Source: an uncultured Acidobacteriaceae bacterium (GTDB taxonomy: Bacteria > Acidobacteriota > Terriglobia > Terriglobales > Acidobacteriaceae). From it: 64,000 bases of DNA. Where the stretch lies: positions 37,242 through 101,241 of the forward strand of contig CAVOSH010000006.1 in assembly GCA_963698845.1 (NCBI GenBank). Direction: 5' to 3'. Shown in pieces: positions 18,606 to 28,458 of the stretch. The notes under the pieces were generated by a model, which was not told the DNA's origin, searched no databases, and saw only the letters and a program-made list of their open reading frames with translations. Position 1 is the first letter of the stretch. Each line of letters opens with the position of its first letter. The position numbers and the translations under genes were made by a program.

Positions 18606-20300
18606 TCAGTCTGCTGACGGAACTGCAATAGGCATCTTGCCCGGTTCAAGCAGCGGCAACGGGTTGTTGGGGTGCTGCAGGTCGGGAATCAAGTCGTTCG
18701 AAGCCCCACCAGGAAAGCGCTTGATGCTGGGATACTTGATAATGCTCTGGTCGAAGTCGGTCAGTGTTTGTGAAAAGACAGCCGCCGACCAACCGTTATC
18801 CTCACCGGCGTACCTGCCCGGAGAGGTCTTCAGGTTGTTCATCTCGCCTTCGGCTCCGTTGAAGATCATGTCGTATCTCTCGAACGGATCCATGCTCAGG
18901 TTGTAGACAGCAGGAATGGAACCGAGTCCCTGGGTTGGGCCAAGCCATGAGTCCTTTGCCGTCCAAACAAATTTCCAGGCAATGTTCACCCAGGGCTCAT
19001 TGGGGTCGCCGGCCATGTCCGCACGGATGGCATTCAGATATTCGCCATTGATGTAAACCCACGACCTGCGGGCCGAGTGCTGCGCCTTGCCCAATATGTA
19101 AGCGCTGTTGTCGATGCTGTCGAAGTAGATGGGCTTGCCGTTGTTATCCTTCATCTCGCCGGTGGGAGGAGGCGTAATACCGGCCATCGACGCCAGTGTC
19201 GACCAGCAATCGATGTGCGACATCATCTCGCCAAAGCTCGACCCAGCCTGAATGTGTCCGGGCCACCACATGATCGCGGGTACGCGCCAGCCACCTTCGA
19301 AGGCCGAACCTTTCTCGCCGCGAAATGGCGTGGTGCCGGCATCGGGATAGGCATCGAGCCACGCGCCGTTGTCAGCCGTCACGATCACGATGGTATTCGG
19401 CGCGTCGGCACGGATCTCATCCAGCACCTTGCCGATGTCGGCGTCCATCTCCATCAGCGAGTCCGAGTAGTCGCCAAGATGCGACTTGCCGCGGAAGTCG
19501 GGCGCCGCATTGGTCGGGTTATGCATCTTGATCCAGTTGACGTCCATGAAGAATGGCTTGCCGCTCTTGGCATGCTCCTTGATGTAGGCGACTGCGTTGT
19601 CGGCCTGCCGCTCATCGTAGGTTGCCAGCGAGTCATAGGTGATGGTTCCGACTTTCGTTGCTGGTTTGCCGGCTACACCTTCCCATTCGCCGAGGTTGAC
19701 GACGGAGTCATACATCTTTTCGAAGTCGGGGTTGTACGACGGGAACCAGGGATGAAACCACTTCGAGGTGTCGTTGTAGGAGTACACACCGGCGTAATAC
19801 GCGGCGAACTGCTTCATCTCGTCGAAGCCATGATTGATGGGATAGGCAACCGGCTTGTCGCCCAGGTGCCACTTGCCGGAGAAATAGGTGCTGTAGCCGT
19901 TCTTCTTGAAGAACTCGGCAATGGTTGGGGTCTCGGGGCGCAGGTAGTTTTCGTCGCCCGGCGCCACTACGATCGACAGCGCCGAGCGAATCGGTATGCG
20001 TCCCGTGATGAAGGAGGCGCGGCCGGCGGTGCAACTCGCCTGCCCATACCAACTGGTGAAGACGGCGCCCTCCTTGGCCATGCGGTCCACATTCGGCGTG
20101 GGATGCCCTAGGGTCAGGCCTCCTCCCGAATACGCACCAAAGTCGTTCCAACCGGTGTCATCGGTCATCAGCATGACGATGTTAGGACGTTGTGTATTTG
20201 TAGCTTGTGCTTCAGCGCTGACACCGCCGCCCAAGAAGAGCAGGCTTTGCACGGCAAGGGTTCCTAATGCGATTTTGGCGATCATAGCTTCCAAATCCAT
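18606..20300 (-). CDS. Arylsulfatase-family sulfatase (secreted)
   Basis: ATG 20300 is preceded by GGAGGAAG and followed by a signal peptide. ..NIVMLMTDDTGWND.. and the active-site stretch QASCTAGRASFITGR. Confidence 0.85.
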   Translation of the reverse strand: MDLEAMIAKIALGTLAVQSLLFLGGGVSAEAQATNTQRPNIVMLMTDDTGWNDFGAYSGGGLTLGHPTPNVDRMAKEGAVFTSWYGQASCTAGRASFITGRIPIRSALSIVVAPGDENYLRPETPTIAEFFKKNGYSTYFSGKWHLGDKPVAYPINHGFDEMKQFAAYYAGVYSYNDTSKWFHPWFPSYNPDFEKMYDSVVNLGEWEGVAGKPATKVGTITYDSLATYDERQADNAVAYIKEHAKSGKPFFMDVNWIKMHNPTNAAPDFRGKSHLGDYSDSLMEMDADIGKVLDEIRADAPNTIVIVTADNGAWLDAYPDAGTTPFRGEKGSAFEGGWRVPAIMWWPGHIQAGSSFGEMMSHIDCWSTLASMAGITPPPTGEMKDNNGKPIYFDSIDNSAYILGKAQHSARRSWVYINGEYLNAIRADMAGDPNEPWVNIAWKFVWTAKDSWLGPTQGLGSIPAVYNLSMDPFERYDMIFNGAEGEMNNLKTSPGRYAGEDNGWSAAVFSQTLTDFDQSIIKYPSIKRFPGGASNDLIPDLQHPNNPLPLLEPGKMPIAVPSAD

Positions 20301-20720
20301 TTTGCTTCCTCCGTGTTGTAAGACTCTGTAGTGTTCTCTTCCCAACCCCGCACCCACCGTGGACACAGCGGGCCTTCGGCTTTCGGCTGCTCACAGCAGC
20401 CGTATAGCAGAGCGAACCCGCAGGACGTGAACTCCGAGAAGGAGTACAGTCGCTGCCCTGAAAAGAACAGTGAGTGTATCGACGAAATTGTGAACTTCTG
20501 GATTACGTTTTTCAAGAAAATCAGCATGAAGATGCCGAAAGTTCTACGTCGTATGTAGCCGGCGTACTTAGATTTTGGTGCGGACTTTCATATGTTAGAA
20601 ACAATTTGTATTGCGTTTCGAAGGCGACGCCTTCGTTGTGAAACAGAGAAACCACCGATCGGCGAATCGCTGGGGGACGCAGACACGGCTCGTGCTAGTC
20701 TTTTGGTTCAACCGTGCCTT

Positions 20721-21224
20721 ATGAACGCTATCGGCCAGTCCGTGCCCCAGCCTGACCCGGAGCTGGGCGTGCTGTCGTCCGAATTGGCGGCTCGCATTGA
20801 CGACTTCTGCAGCGCGCCGGATCTGCGCCAGCGCACTGCCGCGCTTGTCCGGCTGACCCGATCGACGCGCAGCGAGGATTCGCGTGCCTCGCCCGAGCGC
20901 GGCCAGCAATCCATCGCGCATTATATGGAGGCGAATCCGGCGGTGCGTGCGCGCTTCCAGGCTTCCGGGGCAGCGCTGTTGCGCGAGCTGAACTCGCTTT
21001 CGCTGTTCGCGGAAGCGGGCATCCCATCCGATCACAGCCTGCTCTCCGAGATTGCCCAGCGGCTGGCTGCAAAATTCCTTCCCTCGGCGCAATGGGGCAT
21101 CCTGCGCTTCATCGTGAGCGATGCCTTGCGCTCTCCGCTGCAGTTCATCTTCCCGCAGTATGGGGGAGTGGCAGCGGAACTGCCGGCCGAAGATTCCGAA
21201 GGCGACGAGGCACTCGGCGTTTGA
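20721..21224 (+). pseudogene. Possible N-terminal fragment of a PF10136-type 'site-specific recombinase' family protein
   Basis: The frame is GC3-rich. ..LSLFAEAGIPSDHSLLSEIAQRLAAKFLPS.. resembles the N-terminal region of that ~650-aa family, but the ORF stops after 167 aa, just before the Dyp gene. Confidence 0.3.
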
Positions 21225-21290
21225 TGACAATGCGATGAACATCGCGGAGCAAGGTTTGTTCCTGCTCGCGAGCCTCGATATCATATCGGG

Positions 21291-22187
21291 ATGCATTCAC
21301 CGCAGAGCGGTATCTTCGCACTTGGAACTTCCTCCCACGCCTACCTTGAGTTCGATGTTCTGAACCAGAAGAACGGGGCTCCGCTGGTGAAGGCGATCTC
21401 GTCCCTGCGCGAGCCGCGGACCACCATTGGCGGCATCAACCTGGTCGTCGGTTTTCGGCCCGAGCTGTGGAGCAACGTCTTTCCACACGCCACGCCCGCG
21501 GGAATTCATGGCTTCAACCAGGACATCGTCGGCATTGAGAATTTCAAGATGCCTGCGACCCAGCACGACGCCGTGCTGTGGCTCTCGGGCAGCGCCTACG
21601 ACGTGGTCTTCGACGAGGCGCATGGGGCCATCGCCGCACTGAAAGACTTGGCGACGGTCGCCGAAGAAACTTCAAGCTGGCCCTATCGCCATGACCGCGA
21701 TCTCACCGGCTTCATCGATGGCAGCGAGAATCCCAGCCTGGTCAAGGCCCCTGAAGTGGCGCTGATCCCGGAAGGCCAACCCGGCGAGGGTGGAAGCATC
21801 CTGCTGCTGCAGAAGTGGCAGCACGATACCACAGCGTGGGAGTCGCTCCCGGTCGAGAAGCAGCAGACGGTGATGGGACGCATCAAGGCCGATAGCGTCG
21901 AGATCGAAAACAAGGCGCCGGACTCGCACGTGGCCAGCACCGACCAGGATGAGTTCGGAAAAGTCTTCCGCCGCAACATGCCCTACGGCACCGTCACCAA
22001 TCACGGAACCATGTTCGTCGGCTTCAGCGCCGAGCAGGAGCGCCTGCACAAAATGTTGGAGAGCATGGCTGGCCTGAAAACTGGCCGCCGCGACGCGCTC
22101 ACCCGCTACACCCGGCCGCTCACCGGCGCTTATTACTTCGTTCCCTCGACGGAACTCCTGCTGCAACCGGACGACGACGACAACTGA
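21291..22187 (+). CDS. Dyp-type peroxidase (YfeX-like)
   Basis: 298 aa. ..HDRDLTGFIDGSENP.. and ..FRRNMPYG..GTMFVGF.. motifs. Confidence 0.9.
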   Translation: MHSPQSGIFALGTSSHAYLEFDVLNQKNGAPLVKAISSLREPRTTIGGINLVVGFRPELWSNVFPHATPAGIHGFNQDIVGIENFKMPATQHDAVLWLSGSAYDVVFDEAHGAIAALKDLATVAEETSSWPYRHDRDLTGFIDGSENPSLVKAPEVALIPEGQPGEGGSILLLQKWQHDTTAWESLPVEKQQTVMGRIKADSVEIENKAPDSHVASTDQDEFGKVFRRNMPYGTVTNHGTMFVGFSAEQERLHKMLESMAGLKTGRRDALTRYTRPLTGAYYFVPSTELLLQPDDDDN

Positions 22188-22254
22188 CGTCCGCGTCCTT
22201 TCTGATGTGAGTTCCGACTGAAGGCGGCGGCGGAATCGTGGCACGACCGAAAGA

Positions 22255-22704
22255 TCAACTTCCCGACGCCGCCAGGGGAATCTCCACTCCCTTGATCGCG
22301 CCGATCTCGCGCATCATCGTCAGCTGGTCCCAATTGTCCCAGCCCGCAACGATTTTTCCGTTGGCGATTTTCACCAGCGAGATCCCGGTGATGCGCACCT
22401 GTTTGCCGCTGGCCGGCAGGCCGAGATGATCGCCGCGATGCGTCATGGTCGCCGACCACCGCGCCGCAACTTTATCTTCTGTGGCAAACGCATCCTCGAT
22501 GGTCACATGAATATCGGGAAACGCGCCGCGCAGCTTTTCAACGAACGCCTGGAATTCATGCGGGCCGCGAATCACTACCTCCGCGCCACCTTGTCCGACG
22601 CCGACTGCATCGGCGGCCATCAGCTCAGGAATCGTAGCAACCTGGCCGCGGTTCCAAACCTCGTCGAACCAGCGCCGCACGATTGTGATGTTGTCCTGGG
22701 ACAT
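22255..22704 (-). CDS. SnoaL-like ester cyclase family protein
   Basis: AGGAGGGAGG RBS before ATG 22704. MSQDNITIVRRWFDEVWNRG... Confidence 0.8.
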   Translation of the reverse strand: MSQDNITIVRRWFDEVWNRGQVATIPELMAADAVGVGQGGAEVVIRGPHEFQAFVEKLRGAFPDIHVTIEDAFATEDKVAARWSATMTHRGDHLGLPASGKQVRITGISLVKIANGKIVAGWDNWDQLTMMREIGAIKGVEIPLAASGS

Positions 22705-23022
22705 GTTGCTCCTCCCTCCTGTGAGCCGCCAGTCTGACACGATCCAATACCCTGTCAAGCGATTTGCTCTGGCGAAACGCAGGAGGGCCTTCCGCCCTGA
22801 AAAATCCAGAAATCGCGTGACGGTTTTGCCCTTTTCTTTGCGCAATGCGAGTCAGGGATCTTCCGACTGTGGGGCGAGCCACGCCATTCGGATGCAAGCG
22901 GCCAAAACCGCGATGAGCACTCAGCTTCCTTTGGTCGGGCGCTGATTTGCGGCGCGTGTGGAGCGGGTCCCCGCCGTGCAAACCTGTTTACGTTGTGCCG
23001 ATGCCAACCCGAGGAGAGACGT

Positions 23023-25893
23023 ATGCTGACTAGGAGCTGGTCGAGCAGGATCTGCATCACCGTTGCGTTTTGTGCCGTGATGACCATCGCCTCTGCTGCA
23101 CAGACCTTCACCAACCTGCACAGCTTCAGCGGCAGCGATGGAATGAATCCTTACCGGGAGTGGCTCGTCCAGGGTGCCGACGGCAACTTCTATGGCACCG
23201 CCGAGAACGGAGGCACGGACAATTACGGCCTCGTGTTCAAGATGACTCCGGATGGCACGCTCACCTTGATTCATGAGTTTGTCGGCACCGATGGCGAATA
23301 CCCGTCAAGTGGTCTGGTGCAGGACGCGGCCGGTAATCTCTATGGCACCACGCGCACGGGCGGCCCCGGTCCCGACCCTGGCGTCGTTTACAAAATCACG
23401 CCACAGGGTACGTTTAGTGTCCTCACCGGAGCGGGCGGCGGTGTAATCTACGCACCGCTCCTCCTGGCCAGCGACGGGAATCTCTATGGCGTTGCCTATG
23501 GTGGTGGCAGTGACGGCACCGCGTTCAAGATCGGCACGGATGGCAGCAACTTTACGGTCTTGTACACATTCTGCTCGCAGGCCAACTGCGTCGACGGCGC
23601 ACACCCATTGGCCGGGCTGGTGGAAAGTCCGGACCACAATTTCTACGGCACCACAACCTACGGAGGAGCCAACGGGAATTATGGGGTCGTGTTTCGGCTC
23701 ACGCCTGAGGGCGCCTACACCGTGCTGCACAGCTTTAGCGGTGCCAGCGATGGCAATAGCCCGCGCGGCAAGCTGCTCCTGGCCAGCGACGGGTATCTGT
23801 ATGGCACGGCTAATTTGGGTGGCGCCGGCGGTGGCGGCACGATTTTCAAGATCAGGCCGGATGGCAGCGGCTTCAGCGTAGTCTTCGCGTTTTGCAGTCA
23901 CTCCTGCCCGGATGGGGCCACGCCGGAGTCGGGGCTAATCGAAGCCTCGGACGGCAACTTCTACGGAACCACGGGTGGCTCCGGACAGTATGGTCGTGGC
24001 GCTGTCTACCGTCTCGCTCCCAACGGCCAGGTAACCCTTCTTCACGCCTTTTGCAATTGCGGCGACGGGAGCAATCCTTATACCGACCTGCTCCTGGCCA
24101 GCGACGGCTTCCTCTATGGAACGACCTACATCGGCGGAGCTAACAATGACGGAACCGTTTTCAAGTTGACCGGGCCGCCGACGATCTTGACCACAACAAC
24201 GCTCACAACAGCTCCCAACCCTTCCCATCTGAACCAACCCGTCACCATGACCGCGACGGTCCAGGCACAGAACGGTTTGACGCCGACCGGCAACCTGATC
24301 TTCAAGAGCGACGGCGCTCAGATTGGGGCCGCGCTTCTATACTTCGGCACTGCGGTGCTGAATTATTCCGGCTTGTCGATGGGCACGCACGAGATTGTCG
24401 CGGTCTATGCGGGCGGCGGTGGCTTTGCCGGCAGTACATCGAACACCGTGCAGCAGGTGGTAGAGTTGCCGCTCAGTACGACGACCGTCACCAGTTCGCC
24501 GAATCCGTCTGTTGTCGGCGATCAGGTAACGATCACCGCATCCGTTGGCCCTCTGGGACCACCTGCGCCCACGGGCTCGGTCAGCTTCACTTCGAATGGC
24601 AGCGGGATCTCGGGCTGCACATCCATTGTCCTGAACTCAGACGAGGCCGTTTGTACTACGTCGACACTGCCCGTCGGTACAGATGCGATTGTCGCGACCT
24701 ATTCGGGGGATGCCAACTACTCGCCCAGCAGCGGGGGCGTCACCCAGATCGTCAACCCTGTTCCCTCGCCGCTACAGTTTGTTGCCATCACGCCGTGCCG
24801 CGTGGTCGACACGCGCAATCCGAACGGCGCGTTTGGCGGACCGGCGATTCCGGCCAATAGCTCGCGCGCGTTCCCGCTGTCAGAGGGCGACAACCCCTGC
24901 GGCATCCCCGCAACCGCCGCCGCCTATTCGCTGAACGTCACCGTGATCCCGCAAGGGCGGCTGGGCTATCTCACTATCTGGCCCACCGGCGAAGGCCAGC
25001 CCGCTTCATCGACGCTCAACTCCCCCGACGGCCGCACCAAGGCGAACGCAGTGATCATTCCCGCGGGCGCGCCCAGCGGATCGGTCAGCGTCTTCGTCAC
25101 CAACACCACCAACGTTGTGCTCGACATCAACGGATATTTCATTCCAGCAAACGGTTCGACGCTCGAGTTCTATCCCGTGGCGCCCTGCCGCGTAGCCGAC
25201 ACGCGTGGGCCCAACGGATCGCTGGGCGGACCTTCGCTCGTCGGGGGACAGGAGCGCGATTTCCCGGTGCTGAGCAGCAGTTGTGGTCTCCCAAGCACTG
25301 CAGCCGCCTACTCGCTCAATTTCACCGTCGTTCCCAGGAACAACGGCGTGGTGCACTACCTGACGGTCTGGCCCCAGGGCCTCACGCGTCCCACGGTGTC
25401 GACGCTGAATGATCCCACGGGTACCAACGTCGCCAACGCGGCGATCGTTCCGGCCGGCACCAGCGGCGGTGTCGCCACCTACGTTACCGATGACACCGAC
25501 CTCCTCATCGACGTGAACGGCTACTTCGCCGCGCCCGCAAGCGGCGGACTGTCGTTCTACGCGCTGACGCCCTGCCGCGTGCTCGACACCCGCCAGAGCG
25601 GTCCGCCGTTCCAGGGAGAGTTGACGGTCGAGGTGCAGAACAGTCCTTGCGGACCACCGGCGACTGCGCAAGCTTACGTCTTCAACGCGACTGTCGTGCC
25701 GCCGGGGCATCTCGGCTATCTGACCTTGTGGCCTGATCCGCAGCAGCAGCCAACCGTCTCCACGCTCAACGCAGCCGACGGCGCCATCACCTCCAACCTG
25801 GCGATCGTGCCCAACGTGAATGGCAAGACCGACGCGTTCGCCTCCAGCGACACGCAGTTGATCATGGATATTTCAGGCTACTTCGCACCTTGA
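23023..25893 (+). CDS. Large secreted protein: GloVer tandem repeats + Ig-like domains + three PCRVxDTR modules
   Basis: Signal peptide, then about 7 repeats of the type G..P..GL..(A)SDGN(F/L)YGTT..GG..G.G.V(F/Y)(K/R)(L/I). Two Ig-like segments follow, then three ~120-aa modules starting near 24769, 25162 and 25549. Not one frame break in 2.9 kb. Confidence 0.8.
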   Translation: MLTRSWSSRICITVAFCAVMTIASAAQTFTNLHSFSGSDGMNPYREWLVQGADGNFYGTAENGGTDNYGLVFKMTPDGTLTLIHEFVGTDGEYPSSGLVQDAAGNLYGTTRTGGPGPDPGVVYKITPQGTFSVLTGAGGGVIYAPLLLASDGNLYGVAYGGGSDGTAFKIGTDGSNFTVLYTFCSQANCVDGAHPLAGLVESPDHNFYGTTTYGGANGNYGVVFRLTPEGAYTVLHSFSGASDGNSPRGKLLLASDGYLYGTANLGGAGGGGTIFKIRPDGSGFSVVFAFCSHSCPDGATPESGLIEASDGNFYGTTGGSGQYGRGAVYRLAPNGQVTLLHAFCNCGDGSNPYTDLLLASDGFLYGTTYIGGANNDGTVFKLTGPPTILTTTTLTTAPNPSHLNQPVTMTATVQAQNGLTPTGNLIFKSDGAQIGAALLYFGTAVLNYSGLSMGTHEIVAVYAGGGGFAGSTSNTVQQVVELPLSTTTVTSSPNPSVVGDQVTITASVGPLGPPAPTGSVSFTSNGSGISGCTSIVLNSDEAVCTTSTLPVGTDAIVATYSGDANYSPSSGGVTQIVNPVPSPLQFVAITPCRVVDTRNPNGAFGGPAIPANSSRAFPLSEGDNPCGIPATAAAYSLNVTVIPQGRLGYLTIWPTGEGQPASSTLNSPDGRTKANAVIIPAGAPSGSVSVFVTNTTNVVLDINGYFIPANGSTLEFYPVAPCRVADTRGPNGSLGGPSLVGGQERDFPVLSSSCGLPSTAAAYSLNFTVVPRNNGVVHYLTVWPQGLTRPTVSTLNDPTGTNVANAAIVPAGTSGGVATYVTDDTDLLIDVNGYFAAPASGGLSFYALTPCRVLDTRQSGPPFQGELTVEVQNSPCGPPATAQAYVFNATVVPPGHLGYLTLWPDPQQQPTVSTLNAADGAITSNLAIVPNVNGKTDAFASSDTQLIMDISGYFAP

Positions 25894-26030
25894 GACAGCG
25901 GTGAATGAGGGCGGACGGCTGCAGCCGTGCCGAAAATATTTTTCCAGGACGGCTTCGGCTTCCGAGGTGATAGCTCCCTTAGACCTGTCGTCAGTTGAAG
26001 CCGACTCTGCCGAGTCGATCGTGTTTCAAA

Positions 26031-26185
26031 ATGCAAGCCTGAAGGCGTGCTCCACCCGCAATCCGGCAGGCTGCGCTTCCCACAAAACCGGACCTCCAGA
26101 ATCGCGGGCCATGGAGAGGGGTGGAGCACCGCTTCAGCGGTGCAGATAAGGCAGCGCCTGAAAAATCCGGCTTCAGCCGCTAAGG
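26031..26185. repeat. Intergenic mosaic repeat, family B (ATGCAAGCCTGnAGGCGTGCTCCACCC / GGGTGGAGCAC hairpins / CGGCTTCAGCCGCT)
   Basis: 26031-26060 matches 34825-34855. The inverted partner at 26118-26144 matches 34703-34730. CGGCTTCAGCCGCTAAGG at 26168-26185 matches 34754-34772. Confidence 0.7.
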
Positions 26186-26248
26186 TTACGACTCTAAGCC
26201 CCGCCGTCGGCTCCCTGGAATGCGATACATTGATAGCTGCGACGCTCA

Positions 26249-27679
26249 ATGTACCGCGGCGCCCCAAGCTCCTGCAAGGATCAGCCACAGAAATTGCCTG
26301 CGCCCAAGCTCTTCCCGTTCAAGGCGAATATCTCTGCCGAGCCGGCTTCGGTGATCGCGAAGAAATCCGCCCGGCTCACGCTCTGGCCACTGATTGTCGC
26401 CACGTTCTTCATGGTCTCGGGCGGAACCTATGGCACGGAAGACATCGTGCGCGGCGCGGGCTACGGCGGCGCCATCCTCATCCTGCTGCTCACGCCAGTT
26501 GTGTGGAGTTTGCCGACGGCGTTCATGATCGGCGAACTTGCCGCCGCGCTGCCGGAAGAGGGCGGCTATTACGCCTGGGTGCGGCATGCCCTCGGCAACT
26601 TCTGGGGCTTTCAGGAGGCGTGGCTCTCGCTGCTGGCCAGCGTCTTCGACATGGCCATCTATCCCACGCTGTTCGTCCTCTACCTCGATCGCCTGTTCCC
26701 CTGGTTCCGTTTGAATCATCGCGGCATCGTGGTCGGGGTAATCGTCGTGGCGGCCTGCGCGGCGCTGAACATCGCCGGAATCAAAGTCGTGTCGACTACG
26801 TCTCTATGGCTCTTCGCGCTGCTCTCCGCGCCCTTCGCTATCATCGTCGTGCTGGCGCCATTCAAGTTCGGAGCGCTGGCGCATGCGGCGACGCCCCCGT
26901 CGACCGTGCAGGTCGACCTCATGGGCGGGCTGCTGGTGGCGATGTGGAACTACATGGGATGGGATAATGCCTCCACCATCGCCACCGAAGTCGACCAGCC
27001 GCAGCGCACCTATCCTCGCGCCATCCTGGCCAGTGTTCTGCTGGTCGCCGTCAGCTACATCCTTCCCGTAGCCGCAATGTCGTTGACCCGCTTAAGTCCC
27101 ACAGCGTGGGAGACCGGATCGTGGGCCGACATTGCCGGAATGCTCGGCGGTCCGCTGTTGCGTACCGGACTCGTTCTCGGCGGCATGATGAGCGCTTTCG
27201 GCATGTTCAATGCGCTGGTGATGAGTTATTCGCGGCTGCCCTACGCTATGGCGCAGGACGGTCTGCTGCCGGCGGTCTTCGCCAAAGTCACGCCAGGCGC
27301 GAAGGCGCCGTGGGTCTCGATCCTGGTGCTCGCCACCGGATGGGCGCTGTGTCTGGGCTTCGGCTTCGAGCGGCTGGTCACGCTCGACATCCTCATCTAC
27401 GGCTTGAGCCTGCTGCTGGAATTCGTCGCCCTGGTGGGGTTGCGCATCACTCAGCCAGATTTGCCGCGTCCCTTCCGTGTGCCGGGCGGCATGTTTGGAG
27501 TGGTGCTGGTAGGTGTGCTGCCGATGCTCCTGCTGGGCTTTGCGGTCACGCACGCTGAGCACGAGCGGGTCCTCGGCATGAGCAGCTTTTTCTTCGGAAT
27601 GCTGATGATCGCCGCCGGCTTCGCCGCCTACTGCATCGACGCCATATTGACAAAGCGCCCCCGCGTCAGCAGCCGTTAA
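26249..27679 (+). CDS. APC-family amino acid/polyamine permease
   Basis: 476 aa with about 12 TM segments. ..FFMVSGGTYGTEDIV.. GELAAALPEEGGYYAWV.. The start codon is uncertain. Confidence 0.8.
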   Translation: MYRGAPSSCKDQPQKLPAPKLFPFKANISAEPASVIAKKSARLTLWPLIVATFFMVSGGTYGTEDIVRGAGYGGAILILLLTPVVWSLPTAFMIGELAAALPEEGGYYAWVRHALGNFWGFQEAWLSLLASVFDMAIYPTLFVLYLDRLFPWFRLNHRGIVVGVIVVAACAALNIAGIKVVSTTSLWLFALLSAPFAIIVVLAPFKFGALAHAATPPSTVQVDLMGGLLVAMWNYMGWDNASTIATEVDQPQRTYPRAILASVLLVAVSYILPVAAMSLTRLSPTAWETGSWADIAGMLGGPLLRTGLVLGGMMSAFGMFNALVMSYSRLPYAMAQDGLLPAVFAKVTPGAKAPWVSILVLATGWALCLGFGFERLVTLDILIYGLSLLLEFVALVGLRITQPDLPRPFRVPGGMFGVVLVGVLPMLLLGFAVTHAEHERVLGMSSFFFGMLMIAAGFAAYCIDAILTKRPRVSSR

Positions 27680-28458
27680 CCCCGGCGTGCTCGTTTGCCT
27701 CTACGCCGGACCTCGGCGGCCTCGGACTTGCTCAGCGGATCCGCTGGCTGATAGCCGAGTTCCGTTGACAATATCTTTACCAGCTTCGCCAGTACCTTTG
27801 TTCTGGCCCAGTACTTGTCGTTACCTTCGATGAGCGTCCAAGGGGCGGTGGCGGTGCTGGTCTTCACCAGCATCTGCTCCACGGCCTCTTCGTACGCCGA
27901 CCATTTCTGCCGGTTACGCCAATCCTCTTCCGTCAGCTTCCAGGATTTGTAGCCGATGGCCTTGCGCTCCTCAAACCGCCGCAGTTGTTCCTCACGCGAG
28001 ATGTGAATCCAGAATTTCGCCAGGATCGCGCCAAACTCGCGCAGTTGCCGCTCGAAGGAATTGACCTCCTTATAGCCGCGCTTCCATTCCGCTTCGCTGG
28101 CAAAGCCCTCCACCCGTTCCACCAGCACACGTCCATACCAGGAGCGATCGAAGATGGCGATCTGTCCGCGCTCCGGCAACCGCCGCCAGAAGCGATAGAG
28201 ATAGTGCCGTGTTTTGTCTTCGCCATGCGGCGAGCTGATGGGATAGACCACATACCCGCGCGGGTCAAGCTTCTCGGTAATGCGCTTGATGGCGCCGCCC
28301 TTGCCCGCGGCGTCCCAGCCTTCAAAGACCAGGATGACCGGGCGCTTCTGCAGATAGACTTGATAGCCCAATTCCCGGAGCTGGATCTGCCGGCGGGTGA
28401 CTTCGCGAACATAGCTGGCGCGATCGAGAACACGGGTAAGATCGACGGTCTCCAGCAT
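27676..28458 (-). CDS. ppk2: Polyphosphate kinase 2 family protein
   Basis: ..ILVFEGWDAAGKGGAIKRI.. and ..FDRSWYGRVLVERVEGF.. The start ATG overlaps the upstream stop (TGATG at 28456-28460). Confidence 0.9.
   Translation of the reverse strand: MLETVDLTRVLDRASYVREVTRRQIQLRELGYQVYLQKRPVILVFEGWDAAGKGGAIKRITEKLDPRGYVVYPISSPHGEDKTRHYLYRFWRRLPERGQIAIFDRSWYGRVLVERVEGFASEAEWKRGYKEVNSFERQLREFGAILAKFWIHISREEQLRRFEERKAIGYKSWKLTEEDWRNRQKWSAYEEAVEQMLVKTSTATAPWTLIEGNDKYWARTKVLAKLVKILSTELGYQPADPLSKSEAAEVRRRGKRARRG

Noticed and set aside
19950-20080. Arylsulfatase active-site motif C-T-A-G-R instead of C/S-x-P-x-R as a novelty, with no FGE/anSME gene nearby
   Set aside because: I recall the CTAGR variant being common in this ~580-aa arylsulfatase subgroup. 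Maturation enzymes are frequently encoded elsewhere. Not unusual enough without a database check.
19077-20111. Long antisense or overlapping ORFs in the track (for example 19077-20111 +, 3850-4302 -, 4623-5180 -, 7798-8430 -, 20595-21296 -, 25006-25710 -, 26047-26967 +, 38046-38903 +, 43234-43728 +)
   Set aside because: Each lies inside, and antisense or out of frame to, a gene with clear family motifs. Their translations are Arg/Ala/Gly-rich with no motifs. This is the usual open-frame artefact of high-GC DNA.
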